The position numbers and the translations under genes were made by a program. 64,000 nucleotides of DNA. Source: Cycas panzhihuaensis (lineage: Eukaryota; Plantae; Cycadophyta). Location of the stretch: contig CM041465.1 of NCBI GenBank assembly GCA_023213395.1, forward strand, positions 251,293,741 to 251,357,740, written 5' to 3'. Below, in pieces: positions 1 through 14,114 of this stretch (the stretch's first letter is position 1; every line of letters begins with the position of its first letter). The notes under the pieces were generated by a model. That model had not been told where the DNA came from and ran no database searches. It was given only the letters and a program-made list of their open reading frames with translations.

Positions 1-525
1 ATAAAACCCATTGAGATGTACTATTAATTTATTTAATAATTAATTTAAAATATAATGATAGAGATGGTATACAAGCCAATAGAAGAATAGTTAGTTAACA
101 TCTTCACCAAGCCATTGGCACAAGATAAACTTCAAATAATCAAGGATGGTTTAGGTATTAGAATCAATGAAGTAAACATTAAGGGGAATTGTTAAAATAT
201 TAATATTTATATTGGTTCATAACACATAGTTATGAGTCTTTCCCTTATCAATTATATTTTAGATTATTCTTTAATGATATATGGGAATGATGAGTAATTG
301 AGGGTTACTCAACATTCCTCATATGTGTCATCTATTTAGGATGTAAATATTCTATTATTATTTTATTTATATATTTAATTATGCATTGTAATGTGGGTGA
401 ATAATGAATGAGAATAAGATAAATTAATACATTCCTAAAATTACTTTTCTTAATGTGTTAGAGTCCATCTTCCTGTTATTATAATCTTGGTTTGAAATAT
501 CTATAGCCTAAAATTATTTGCAACA
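1..525 (+). mobile_element. 3' end of a degenerate Ty1/Copia element: RNase H remnant, PPT (181-188) and 3' LTR (190-525)
   Basis: Translation gives IEMVYKPIEE*LVNIFTKPLAQDKLQIIKDGLGI, matching the Copia RNase H 'Q.ADIFTKPL' motif. It is followed by AAGGGGAAT and a TGTTAA...CAACA-bounded segment. Confidence 0.8.
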
Positions 526-1315
526 TCTTTCTTTATACAGTGATTATTTCTTTAAGGAAATAATTTTATATATCTTTATTAATGGCCATTTTAGCTTTGA
601 TTCAAGGTCTCCTTTCTACTAGTTCTTATGGATTTTTTATAAATTTCTAATGTTCTATATGGTATTATTATATATTAGTTATATTATGATGCATCACTTC
701 TACATTTACTGAAGTTTCATACAATCTCAAGTAGTTATTATCAATGCTCAATTCTTTTGCATTCATATGTTAAATCCTTGGAGGCTCTTATTATGAATGA
801 AACATGTGTTTGGGAGTTGGATCCATAATAGATCAATCCATAAAAGTTATTTCACATGTATAAAGATTCCATCTAGTGGTGTAACTTGAAAATTTAACAC
901 TCTTCTTGTATAACGACTATTATAAAACATTTATACCCTCTTTTTTATTCTTTGTCTTTTTTGTTTGTGATTTCTATTTACATATGTTTATTGTTATTTA
1001 TTAGTATTATACTAGGTTTGTTGTAGCCTTCTATCAAATAATACAAACCTTTTATAGTAGTTACAAGACTTATAAAGTTAGTTCACTTGCCAAAATGTGT
1101 ATTTGGTTTATCTTTTACTTTAAACTTTGATCTTTTAGCCTCTTCTTTTGTTGTTTCTTAGTGTAACTTCTACTCGTTAGTAGTAGAGCTTATCCATATA
1201 ATGTTTACCCTCTCCTTTAATGAATTTAGGATTTAGATAATACCAATGAGTTGTACAACTTGTTAATGATGCTCCTCCTTGAATGGAAACTAATTTTAGT
1301 GAATGTAATTTTGAA

Positions 1316-4300
1316 TAATATTTAATTATAAGTGTTAAAACCCATACATAACCTCTCTCTCATGTAGTCATGAATATGTATACCTATAGAAAGTTATGTA
1401 AAGCCCACTCCTTCACCTGCACTCTCATAAGTCTCTTTAGTGATACTTGAATGTGATTAGATATTTGTGAGGTATATGATTATGTAAGTATGTATTCTCT
1501 CATAATACAATATTGGGAGATGATCATTTTCTATCAATTTTATTATCTTACATGTTGATGCTTACTTTATTCTTTACTATGATTATTATTATATCTTAAA
1601 GATGTGTGCTTCATTGTATATTATTTCTAACATGGTATCAAAACTCAATAGTTTGATCTTGTATAATATGTTTGTAATTTATTAGAGTCTTTTTTATTTC
1701 AAAGAAGGTGTTATATAAGAGCCAATGTGTTGTAGATGAGGAGCATGCTTATTAATTTTGAGATTAAAATCCTTATTGAGTAAAAATATAAAAAATAAAA
1801 AGAACTAGGAACTAGTTGAGATATGTTAGTTGTGACTGAGATGAGACTAAATTAGGGGCATGATTGATAAGATATAATGAGATTTATTATTGCATTTTTT
1901 ATGGGCATTTTATTATGCATATAGCACCTATGAATTGGATACATGAGTTTTAGTGTCAACTCCATGAGCTATGAAAGAGGCTATTGCTTCTTAAGTTCAC
2001 TTATATAGGCTTAATCACCCTGCAAATATGAACAAGTGTTATTATAGGTGACACTGTTGGCTTTAGATAACATGTCTATTTTGGTTCATTTGTAGAGAAC
2101 ATTACAAGCATCCTAATGGGGACTTGTTTCCAAAGAGAACTAATCTTCTAAAGTTTTTATTATCTTTTATTCACCATTAAATTAGTTTAAATAATATCAA
2201 TGCATTTATAATTTGGCCTTTGTACTTAGTTGGAAAATTGAGGAATTTAGATTAGTAGTAGCCTACAAAGTATATATACAATGAAAAAAATAATATATGG
2301 CATTAGTTTTTAAATTGCTCTTCTATTCATATTTGGCATTACATGCCCTTATAGTAGTTTAGATCGTTTTGCCGATGGTAAATATGATTTTTTCAGGCAT
2401 GAGGCTTTTATTGATTTGTTAGTAGAGATATATGGTAGATTTTACTTTACATGTAGCTATAAAAGTGGCAACTAAAGCTCATTAAAGTTTTTACTATCAA
2501 TATAACATATTAAGTAATTTTATAATGGTAAATCCTTTATTTATTTTCTGTTCTCTTGAGATCTATACTAGCATGAAGGTTTTAGAGGCTACATGCCATG
2601 TTGGCCAACTCATATATGGTTTTAATTATATCAAATTTAATTAAAAATGGAGGAAAATATCAAACTTCATTATTAGGCAATTTTATGATGCTTTAATCCT
2701 TTATTTTCTCTATTTCTCCAAGTCTTAGGGATACATGATGATTTATAAAGTATTATATTGATGTGGGTGGATTTGATCTATATAATTTTTACTTCAAATT
2801 TGATTAACTTCAAGAAAATCAGTTATATAATTTCAAACGACAATTTGGATAACTTTATAATATGCATCTATTTGTTTTCTTCATTTTCTTTATTGTTGGA
2901 GTTGTGAAATCATCTGTAAAGTTGTGTAATAAGTAGGATGAATCTTTCCCATAAAGTTTATAAAAAGTAGTTGAAAATTGATGCAAACTCACCGCCAAAC
3001 CCTCATAATTATGTGTAAGCCACATTTTTAAAATTTTAAAATTTTTTTTTTTATTTCTAAAATATAAAATAAAATTATATTACTTTTAATAATGTTATAA
3101 AGTCCACCCAGGCCTAAGAATATTAACAATTGGTCACATGGAGAGATTTGGTAATTAGAGCTTAAAAATAAAAAGGGATTATTTCAATTTTTGCCTTATT
3201 TTTTCACTTTTCTTATAACATATAGTCACTTTTTAAGATATATCTTTCACATATAACATCAATTTTTCATTTTGTTTAAGGCATTGGAAAGTAGGTTTAG
3301 ATACAAATGAAATGACTAGTTATAAGGCATGCTTTAGCAATTTTTTTATGAAGATTTTAATGGCTGAATTTAATAAAGTAAAATTTGATATACATATAGG
3401 TTCATTGTTTGAAGAAAATTTTGGCATTTTCTTAATTATTTAAGAGGCTCTTAAGTGCATAGTAATGATTCTAGATGTTGGTTTGCTGAAAATCAAAGAA
3501 AGAAAAGTCAATGGCTTATTCTATACTCATTTATGGCTCATTATTTTTATCTCCTAAGAGACAAAAAATTTTATTGGCTTTATACATGTTGATCTCTTTA
3601 AAGAGAAAGAAGGAAAAAAAAATGCCCCCTTTATTGAAAGAGAGAAATGTTATTTAATTGGTTCTAGAATTATTTTATTAGCTCAAAAATTATTTGATGT
3701 TCTTAACATGGTGAGAACCTATTGTTTTAAGGGGAGAGAGAGATAGAGAGATGGAATGTGCTAAGTTTATCACTTGTTTTGAGTAGTTTAAAGATTACAG
3801 CTACTAAAATATGTTCATGACTGAGAAAGGGTTAAGATTTGTCATTATAAATGAATAAGGGTCAAGATTTGATATTATGATGAGGGCTGACCATTAAGTC
3901 AAGATTTGTTATTGTTAATTGGATTGGACATTATGCTAAGATGTATTATTAATTTGCAAGCTATATATTAGAAGTGCTTCCTAAAAGACTAGTAGAAACA
4001 ACAATTAGTTACCAATGTAACTCAGTAGATGGCCATCATTTCATATAGATGTTAGCAATTAGATACAAGTTGAAATAGGCTAATGAATCATTAGATATGA
4101 TGTGAGCTTCTTGGATGAAGACATAGTAACTTGTTGTATCTCAGAAAAAAATATTTATGTGACATTGTATTTTTATGTATAATTAAATATTATTTAAGGG
4201 GAAGAGGAATAATGTGTAATTATAACTATTATAGACCCCCCACATAACCTCTTTCTCATGTAATCATGAATAGATATACCTACGGAGAGTTATGTAAAGT

Positions 4301-4541
4301 CCACTCCTTCACATACACTCTTGTAGTTCTCCATAGTGGTACTTGAATGTGATTAGACATGCATGAGATATATGATTCTATAAGTATACCTTCTCTTATT
4401 ATATAATATTGGGAGATAATCATTTCCCACCAATTTTATTATTTTATATATTGATGTTTGCTTCATTTTTTAGTATGTTTATTGTTATATATTAAGCATT
4501 TCATTTATGTATTTATGCTCTAGTATATATTGTTACTAACA
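1316..4541 (+). mobile_element. Old non-autonomous LTR retroelement, ~3.2 kb, with ~320-bp LTRs at ~1316-1632 and ~4210-4541
   Basis: Diverged direct repeats (ACATAACCTCT.TCTCATGTA.TCATGAATA ... CTAACA). PBS TGGTATCAAAAC at 1633, purine tract AAGGGGAAGAGG at ~4196-4207, no internal ORF. No TSD resolved and the 5' boundary is approximate. Confidence 0.75.
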
Positions 4542-5960
4542 ACTTGATATTTCCCTCATCCTTGTAACTCATAGACCCCCTCAAGCACTCAAAATTTGAT
4601 AAAAAATATTTATGGCATCTAAAAAATTTAAATTCTATGTGTATACAATTTGGCAATGTGATTTTTTCTTACATAGTATTTTAGGCAATTCTAATTTCTA
4701 ATTCTCTGAATTTTTTAGTGATTTAAGGCTTTTGAGGTTTTTTATTAGCTTCTCATTGCAAATCTACCAACTGACCCCTTTTTACTTTGATTTATCGTTT
4801 TAAAAAATGAGCATAATCTCTAATACATGTTAGTAGTGCTTATTCTAAAATAGGATATTTTTTGGTTAAGTTTTTATATGATTCAACTTCTACTAGTTAT
4901 ATATGGCTTCTTCTATTATAGATCTAGTCATAGTTTATATTTTATAATTATCTTAAGGTATCAATTTTCTTTAGCAATATTAGAATTCAAAAATGGAAGT
5001 TGAAAATATCACATTATGTTTTTTTTTTAAGAGATAATTTTTTAAAAAGTATATTTTCATAAAATCAAATTATATTAGATAAAAATTAAAGACTACCCTA
5101 TTAATTTATTAGCTATAGTCACATGTGTTTAGGTGTTAAAAGGAGTGAAAGGTGTTAATGTTTTATTTCCTACTCTTTTTTAAGACTTTTCCCAAAAAAA
5201 AAAATTTAATTTTTAGTCATTTCAATATTTTCCTCTTTTTTAAGGCAATTTTCCCATGATTTGAAAGTGTTTCATTATGAAAATGAGTTATTATTCATAT
5301 TTTTAAAATGCCTTTCTTATATTTTTCCTAATAATTAGTTGTTTATTCACCTATTATGTGTGTATTCTCCTTTTCTTAGATGCTTTACCCATTGAGTTAT
5401 TCAATAAATACCAGTTTAGCTTATAGATTCTATAGGATAGATTATATTAGTGCCTTTTCATGTAATAATCTCTATATTACATATGTCTCTTGAGTAGCTT
5501 TACCACATTGTTGCAAATTTATAGTGTTTAAAGTAATAGCCCTTACTTCCCAATTCCAATGGTTGTTTTCCATTGGTCACCTATATAGTCAATGATAGTT
5601 GAGTTAATGCTAATTTATTAAGGAATTAACTCACACTTGTTAAAGATTATTTGTAAAACTTCTTATGCATTGGGTGTAATACCCAATTATATAATTACCC
5701 TCATGTACACTCTCTCTACATTATGTGTATTTTATATTTGAGGTTGAGTCACATAGAGATATGTGATATCTCTAGATTGACCAATGAGGTTCTCTCATTG
5801 ATGGTAAGCTTGTACTATAAGTATGTACATTATTGTTCATTCTAATTTGAGTTTTGGCAATTTCTCTATATCTTGTGTTTATTTGTACATATTTCATCTT
5901 ATCTGAGCTTCATTGTTATATCTTTAACTCACCATCATATTTCATTTTTATGTATTCATA

Positions 5961-6054
5961 GTATATTCAAATTCTAACATGGTATTAGAGCTTTGTATAT
6001 TCAAATTCTAACATGGTATTAGAGCTTTGTATATTCAAATTCTAACATGGTATA
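5961..6054 (+). repeat. 34-bp tandem repeat of LTR terminus plus PBS, ~2.8 copies
   Basis: GTATATTCAAATTCTAACA-TGGTATTAGAGCTTT starts at 5961 and 5995; a third copy at 6029 diverges after TGGTAT. Confidence 0.95.
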
Positions 6055-8107
6055 AAACACCAAGGTTTAAATCCTTGGAGGGCAATATTATAAAGCCTTT
6101 GTACATGTTAGTTTTTAGAAGCCTTATCATTTTTTTATTGTGCATGTTTTGTGACATATTCATTGTTTATTTAAAGGAATATTTCAAGTTATTTTAATCC
6201 AATTTCTATTGCACTTTATACATACTTTTTTTGGGACTATTTTCTGAAATATTTAGGGCTATTTTAAATTTAAAAGGGGTTGTTTTGATATTGTTTAAAG
6301 GTTGTTTAGAGCTACTATTAAAGGCTACTTTGAAGCTTATTTTAAAGTTATTTCAAGATTGTTTTTGAAGGTTTTGAAGTTGTAGATTTATATGCCTTTG
6401 TAACTAGATTTCCTGCTACATATAGGCCCATTTTCTAAGCATGTAGATGTGTTATTTATAGTCATAGGAAGTATAGTTTGAAGTTATTTTTTGAAGAAAA
6501 GGAGACCAGATCTTAACACTAGTTATAGGCTTAATCACTCTATAGAAGATGTTTATATGCTATAAAAAAAAATGTGACTTGTGATTGTTGTTTGTAATAT
6601 CAATTATGGATGTTCTCATTACAGTTGCTAATTGTTATGCAAGCTCTAAGATTACAAGGAATTTGACTATGGCATAGGATCGATAGGTTTGTATGCCAGT
6701 GTCCATTATGAGTCAAAATTTTGAAGCCCTAACTACCATTGAGTTCTACTAGTTGATTGAGGCAATATATATGTTCAAAAATATTCTTTGTATATATTTC
6801 CTAAAAAGAAAGAACTAAAGAAAAATGGATTGCCAAGTTTGTCTGTTGGTTTTATTTCCTCTTAATAATTTTGAGAAAATGAGGTGTAAGAATACACGCT
6901 GCATTCTGTGGCATACTTTTTGCATGCATCCTTTATGCAGAGGTATGGCATATGGTTGGTGCAGATAGAAAACCTCTTTGTAAATAATATTTAGAGTTAA
7001 TATTACCTCCTTTTATTTCCCTTCTTAGGTGTTGGAGGCCACTTCTCTCTAGTATTCATGAACTTACTTGATAAACTACTACTCTTCTTCTTTTTGACTT
7101 GGGCATTGATTCAAAGGTTAATCTGAAAGGCTTTTCACAACTACCACATTTATTGTGTTAGTGTCCAACATATATTTTAATATCCAAAACAATGGAAACA
7201 AGGGTGTTTGTATGGACATGTTTAGTTTTGATTACATCTCACTTGGGGTTACTTATTCTCACAGAATTAGTGGATGTATGGCTATTGATAATGGTTACAG
7301 AAGTGAGGACACTTTCTAGAGAAATGAAAACCCTATTGCTATTTATGGCCATGGTGTAGATTTTGGTATTGGGTATGGTAGTGAGCCTCCTTACTTCCAA
7401 GAGTTCTCCCATATCTCTAACTAAAGATTTAGCTCCTACAAAGCTAAGAAAAGGTATATCATTCTAGAGTGTTAAGAGTCACTTAAATAATCTGAACTTG
7501 GAGAATTATTCCTTACAAATCCTTGTGATACATAATCAAAATTAAAAGCACATTATTTCCCTAATACTCAATCCCTAGGGATTGAAGGACGGGAGCGATC
7601 TGTGAATGGAACGGAGAATGACTATGACTGCTTAGGGTTTTGGCATTTTGGCGTGGCGATGGAAGGCCTGGCGTAGAATGGGATGCGATGGCATCCATCG
7701 TATGGCCTTAGCAAGGCAGATAGGGACCTGCGCAAGGTTTTTGTTGGGGTCATTCGCCCCATTAATCCTTCTTCGAGGGAAGGTGGTAAAGAGGCGCAGC
7801 TCATAGCGTAACAGACAGACAGTCCAGTGGCCTCCTCTTTGGCTTATTCTAGAACAGCTGCCTCTTCGGAGTACTATAGTGTTAGTAGGATGGAGGTTGG
7901 TGATAGGATTCAGCCCCTGCTTGAAGATTAATAGGTTGTTGGAGAAGCGCGAGTGGGAAAGGAGTCAGGGGCAGTGCTGTGAAGGCAGACCTATAGAGGA
8001 ACTACTGGCCAGTAGACCTTTGATTGAGTCTAAGAAATCAAAATCGAAACCATGGTATGCTTATGCTTTCTTGGCTAGTTCTTCCTTATAGTTTTTAATA
8101 TTTAAAT

Positions 8108-9516
8108 ATGGAAATGGATTATAATCCTCAAAACCAGACTCAGATCCCCAACCTGACCCCGAGGAAATCCTACCGAGATGTATTGAAATCAAATGAAGAG
8201 GAAACCTTTGACCTAACACCAGTGGTTATTGATAACAAAGTTAGATTGAAAATACCCCTAGCTCTTGTGGAGAGAACTGAGAAACTTTGGGAGAACTGCC
8301 TTGTTGGTAGATTCTTGGGACCTAGACTGGGTCTAAATACTATCAGGAGTTGGACTAGAGCTAAATAGAAAACAACTGGAAGCATGGAAGTAATAGCCAT
8401 GCCCAAGGGCTGTGTACTATTTAAATTCTCTTCTTATAAAGATATGTCTGGTATCCTGCTTAGGGCTCCATGGATGTTCGGCAGGAAAGCCTTATCTCTT
8501 GAGAAATGGCACAGGTACTTTGATCCCTCTACTCCTAAAATTAAACAAGCCCCTTTATGGATTCAACTCCTGGGCCTCCCATTATACCATTGGAACCCAG
8601 AAGTATTTAAAGGCATAGCAAAAGTAGTGGGTCCTCTACTAGCAGTTGATTCCGTGACAAAGAATAGGAGCAGACTCATTAACGCTAGAATTTGTGCTTT
8701 AATACAGCTTGACAAACCCCTCTTGGACAACATCTAGATGGACATGCCGGATGGGAGTTGGGTGCAACCGCTGATTTATGAAATGGACCATATAAGATGC
8801 TCCACTTGCAGAAACTTGGGGCATCTGCCCCAAAAATGCCCAGGGGTTCAACCTCCAACATATGAGATTAATAAGGGAGCCACAGAACCAAATCTCTGGG
8901 ATAAGAAGGAAAAGGATCAAGAGGTGGTACCAGAACATGTTGGTCATATGGTGGTGACAGAGACCCCCTTTGGGAATCTGGGCTTCGACCCCAACGAGGA
9001 GGATTCACTCCTTAAGGAATGAGAGCAAATTCCTCAGGCCTTGATGGCTCCGGGTAGACAGGTTGGTGAGGTCAGTTTAGGGGTTCCTCCCCCTGATGAG
9101 ACTACCAACAAGACACAAACTATCCCACCTAAACCTCAGCGGGCAGGGGATAAGCAAGCCACAGGAAGGCTAGGTGTGTCCTCTACCGCAGTGGTTGAAG
9201 AAGTTCATAGAGAATCTAAGAACCAGAGGCAGCGGGTTGGGGCTGAGGTGGCAGTGCCCATTCTAGAGGACTTAGGAGAGCCAGACCCAAATCCAACACC
9301 ACAATTGATTTCCCAGAAAAATAGCCAGATGTGGGAGTTGAAAAGAAGGTAGGGAGGCCACCCATGAAGCTATTAAGAGAGAAAGAAGTGGCTGCCCAAG
9401 TTGACCAAGGCAGCCAGAAAACTTTAAAGGAAGTACTCCTGGAAGGGCCTACCCTTAGATCCAGTACAATAGGCAAAGAGCCTCCAAAAGGAGAGCCTGC
9501 TGAAGTCTGGAAGTAA
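8108..9516 (+). pseudogene. LINE ORF1 (DUF4283-like region plus CCHC zinc knuckle), broken by stops and a frameshift
   Basis: Motifs WENCLVGRFLG, GCVLFKF...APWMFG, PLWIQLLGLPLYHW, ARICALI and CSTCRNLGHLPQKC. Confidence 0.9.
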
Positions 9517-9527
9517 AGGAAAAAGAG

Positions 9528-12500
9528 ATGAAACTAATAGCATGGAATATCAGGGGACTCAATGCCCCCTCGAAGCAGAGGATTATTAGGGATATGAGAG
9601 ATAAATTTATTCCAGATTTGATATTCCTACAGGAAACCAAAATGAATAAGGAGAATGGTCCAAGGATCAAGAACAAAATTTGGAAGACTGTTGAAAGTTT
9701 TGGGATCAACTATACCCAAGGTATCGGGGGCTTAATGGTCCTATAGAATCCGTCAACATGGTCGAGAGAACTCTTCCTAGCGAAGGGATCTTTTATATCG
9801 GTTCGGTTAACAAATAAAAGCAACAACCTATCGTGGTTAGCCACAAATGTCTATGCTCCAAATTATCAAGAGGCCAGGAAGAGGCTATGGGACAGATTAT
9901 TGGTGGCCCACAGGGATTGCCAACAACCATGGCTGCTGGCGGGTGACTTCAACTCGGCGTTGTCCCTCGGTGATAAGAGAGGTGGCACTGGTGGATGGAC
10001 AACCAGCATGGGGGAGTTTAGTGATTTCCTTCAGCAGGGGGGCCTGGAGGACGTAAAGCCCAAGGGGGCATCTTTTACCTAGTCAAATAAATATTTGGGA
10101 AATGACTTAATTCAAATTAAATTGGACAGGGTGCTAGTCAATTATGACTGGATGAGGAGCTTTAATGACTTCACCCTTGAGGCATTACCAAGGATAAGCT
10201 CTGACCATTCCCCACTCTTACTTCAATTTTTAGACCTGGGTAAATTTATTAGGTCTCCCTTCATGTTCGAGCTAATGTGGCTTCGTCACCCCGATCTTAG
10301 GAATAGGGCTGAGGAATGGTGGCGAATTCAAATCAAGGACCACGCAATGTATAGATTTTCGAAGAAGCTTGAATGGATTAAAAAACAAGTTAAGGCTTGG
10401 AACAAGGAGGTATTCTAAAATATTCATATGTAGAAGGATTAAACTATCAGCAATCTGAAAGATATAGAGGATAAGATTGAACGAACGGGCAGATCCCCTG
10501 AGCTAGATAAGATAGAGAAGGAGCTGATTGAGAAGCTAGACGAGATTCTCATCAGAGAAGAAATCCACTGGAAATAGAAATCCAGGGCTCTTTGGTTGGC
10601 AGAAGGTGACAGGAATATAAAATTTTTCCATATGACTACAGTTAAACATAGAGCTAGCAATAGAATTACTAGTCTTCAAAAAGAAGATGGCTCAGTTGTT
10701 AGCTCGATTGAAGGAATGAAGGAGTTGGCCAGTGACTACTTCAAGGATCTATTTACTGAACCCCAGGATGGGGACATGGACAGCAGAAGAGACTTCCTAA
10801 ACAACATCCCCAGGCTGGTGAATGAAGCTCAAAATGCATAGCTGACTACTCCATTCACTCTAGAGGAAGTCAAGGCGGCTCTCTTCGGCATGAAAAAAGA
10901 TAAAGCTCCTAGCCCTGACAGTTTTTCTCCGAGTTTCTTCCAAGAATATTGGTATACTATTAAAGGAGACTTAATGGAAGCTTTGCAGGAGTTCTATGCA
11001 AATAAAAAGATGTTGCAGGAATGGCAAACTACATTCCTTGTCCTCATTCCTAAAAAAGAAGGAGCGAAAAGGATGGAAGAGTTTCATCCTATCAGTCTTT
11101 GTAATGTTAAATACAAGATTTTAACCAAGGTCCTGGTTAATAGACTGAAGAGAATTATGCCAAACATTATCTCCCACAACCAAGATGGGTTCCTTCGTGG
11201 TAGGTAGATTTATGATGGATATATTGTTGTCCACGAAATAATTCACTCAGCTACTGAAAGGAAGGAGCCTGCGATGCTCATCAAGATCGATCTCACGAAG
11301 GCCTTCAATAGAGTCTCCTAGGAATGCCTAATAAATTGCCTAGAAGCATTTGGCTTTAGGGAAACTTGGCGGTCTTGGATTAAGATGTGTATTGGCAATC
11401 CTCAATTCTCTATTATTATCAACAGTTCATCTTCCATGTTCTTCCTCAGATTTAGGGGGTTGAGGCAAGGAGATCCCCTTTCTCCCTTCTTATTTAATAC
11501 GATGGCTGAGTTCTTTGGGCGTAACCACAGGTCTGCTAGGAGGCTTGGGTTCTTAAATGGTATCAAATCGACATCGGGGGTGGACAATGTGGTTTACCAT
11601 CAATTTGTAAACGATAATATCTTTCTTGGGAAAGCGACTGTAAGGGAGGCTTCTAGATTTAAAGAGATCCTGGGGCTTTTTTAGAAGGCCACGAACCAGA
11701 AGATAAGTCTTAAGAAGAGCAACGTCTTTTTCTTAAATACCCCGGTATATATCCAAGGCAGGATTAGCAGAATCTTAGGAATGGACATCAAAAAGCTTCC
11801 CACAATTTATCTAGGTTTGCCCCTTTTTGTCGGTAAGATGTCCAAAGATATGTGGAACCCTCTTATAGATAGAATGCAAAGAAAGTTAGCAGGTTAGAAA
11901 GGTGCCCTTCTGAGCCTAGCTGAAAAACTCTAGCTAGTTGCTTCTACCCTTCAAAGCATCCTAGTGTTTTGGATGTCCATCTTTAGGGTTCTGCCTGGTA
12001 TCTCAGACATTATTGAATCAATCCAGAAAAGATTTCTTTGGTCTGGGATATAAAGTAAAGACAGGATTCATTTGGTAAGTTGGAGCAAAGTATGCACTCC
12101 AAAATGGGCTGGTGGTCTCAATTTATGAAGGCTCCCTCTCTTCAATGTTGCCCTTGGGGCAAAGCTTGGGTGGAGATTACTCAAAGGTGGGGAAAGACTT
12201 TGGGAGAAGATCCTTTCTAGAAAATACATTTAGGGGGGCTCCCTTTTGGATAGTAGTGTATCATTGGTTGGCTCTACCATCTGGAGGAGCATCCTTAAAG
12301 CATGGGTAGCTATCAGGGATGGCTTAAAATGGAGACTGAGTGATGGCAATTCCATCAGATTCTAGGAAGACGTGTGGTGTTGTGACAAGCCTCTAAAGGA
12401 GTTTCTAGACCTGGTGCCTTTAATGGGACCTTGTGTTAGGCAATATGGCAAAATGATTAAAGATTACTGGTCTGGGAGAGAAGGGAGCAGGATCTGGAGG

Positions 12501-13726
12501 AAATTTGAGGATATCCATGGGATAGGCAGCCTACAGGAGGGTCTCAATAAGATTAAAAGGTTTCTAGGGAAGAGTTATATCCCTAGAACTCCTTCGCAGG
12601 TTTCGATGGTGTGGCCCTCGAGCTTGTCAGGGGAGTACACAGTGCAACAGGGTTACCAGTACTTATGCTTGAAAAGAGGAGACAAGAAAAACCCATTCTT
12701 TGGAAGGCGCCCTGAGGCTCCCCCTCATTCCGAAAATAACTCTCTTCTGGTGGACCTGTCTTATGAACAAAATTCTCACTGTAGATAACCTTCAAAAGCG
12801 AGGCTTTATGTTGGCTAACATATGTGTTTTATGCTACAAAGGGAAGGAATCCATTGATCACATCATCCTTGAGTGCCCTTTCACAAGGGAAGTATGGAGG
12901 ATGTTGCTTGGAAAGCTAGAAGTGTGCTGGACATTCTCGCAAAAGACAACTGACCTATGGCTTGCTTGGCAAAGCCCATTCAAAAGTAATACCCTCAGCT
13001 GCATCTAGAAGAATATGCTCCCGATTTTGGCATGGAATACCTGGAAAGAAAGGAACAGTAGGATTTTCTAGGGAAAAGAGAAGGACCAGATGGCCGTCTA
13101 CAACAGAATCTGTTCACACATCAGAGAAAACATTGGAAACGTAAAAAAAAAAATGCATATCCCTGACAGAGAGCAGGATTTTGCTCAAATGGGGCATAGA
13201 ACCTGAATTCGTGGTGTCTAAGCCTAGAAGTACTAGATGGATCCCTCCGGAGGAGCCCTGGATCAAAATTAATTTTGACGGCGCAGCAAAAGGGAATCCA
13301 GGTGAAGCTGGGGGTGGGGGAATCTGTAGGGATAACAAAGGCTCTCCCATTTGGGCCTTTACGGATTATTATGAGAACCAAACGAATAACTATGTGGAAA
13401 TGCATGTTATGCTTAAATCCCTCGACTTAGCCTGCATAGGGGGCATTCAGAGGTTGGTGATCGAGGGGGATTCAGAGGTTGTTTTAAACTCGCTAAAAGG
13501 TGATGCCCTTCTGGATTGGAGATTTCAGGCCATAATCAAAAATGCCAAAGAGATCATTAAAGGTTTGTCGAACGCCTGTATAAGACACACTCTGAGAGAA
13601 GACAACAAAGCAGCAGATTTTTTGGCAAATTGGGGGGTGAGGAACAAGAGGTGTCAAGTGTGGAGATGTGATTTCCCTAGGGACCTTCTGGCTCTGGTTG
13701 ACAAGGATTTGATCTGTAGTAGCTAG
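9528..13726 (+). pseudogene. LINE ORF2: APE endonuclease, reverse transcriptase, zf-RVT and RNase H, broken
   Basis: Motifs AWNIRG, LQETK, GDFN, LDR, SDH; PISLCN, GLRQGDPLSP; CVLC...DHIILEC; KINFDGAAKGNPG...IEGDS...NKAADFLAN. Confidence 0.95.
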
Positions 13727-14114
13727 CCGCGGGGCTTGTCCTGGCATTCTAGTTCTCCTGCCTAAACCGTGGGGTTGTCACGGTTAACTTTGACTTGGCA
13801 TTTTATTTGCTTTTTTATGTACTAAGTTATGGGATCCTATCTTCAAACCTACTTTAATTCATTTTATTTTACCAAAAAAAAAATCCCTAGGGATTCATCT
13901 GGCAAAATGTCATATTTCTCAGACCATGTTTGATCAAAGTGGTTTCCTCATATAATTATAAATAATGATCTTATTATTCCATGCCTACTGTTTGATTTCT
14001 GACCTACATTAGATGCATTCAAACTTCCCTTAGAACCAATGAAATGAGAATATGCCCAATGTCTCTTATCTATATTTGTACTTGTATCATTGATTTGAAG
14101 GCTATCATATGTAT

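Larger units (their letters stand above)
7584..13881 (+). mobile_element. Full-length L1-clade LINE with RNase H domain, inactivated
   Basis: ORF1 and ORF2 domains in order, A-tail at 13874-13881, and TSD AATCCCTAGGGATT at 7570-7583 and 13882-13895. Confidence 0.95.
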
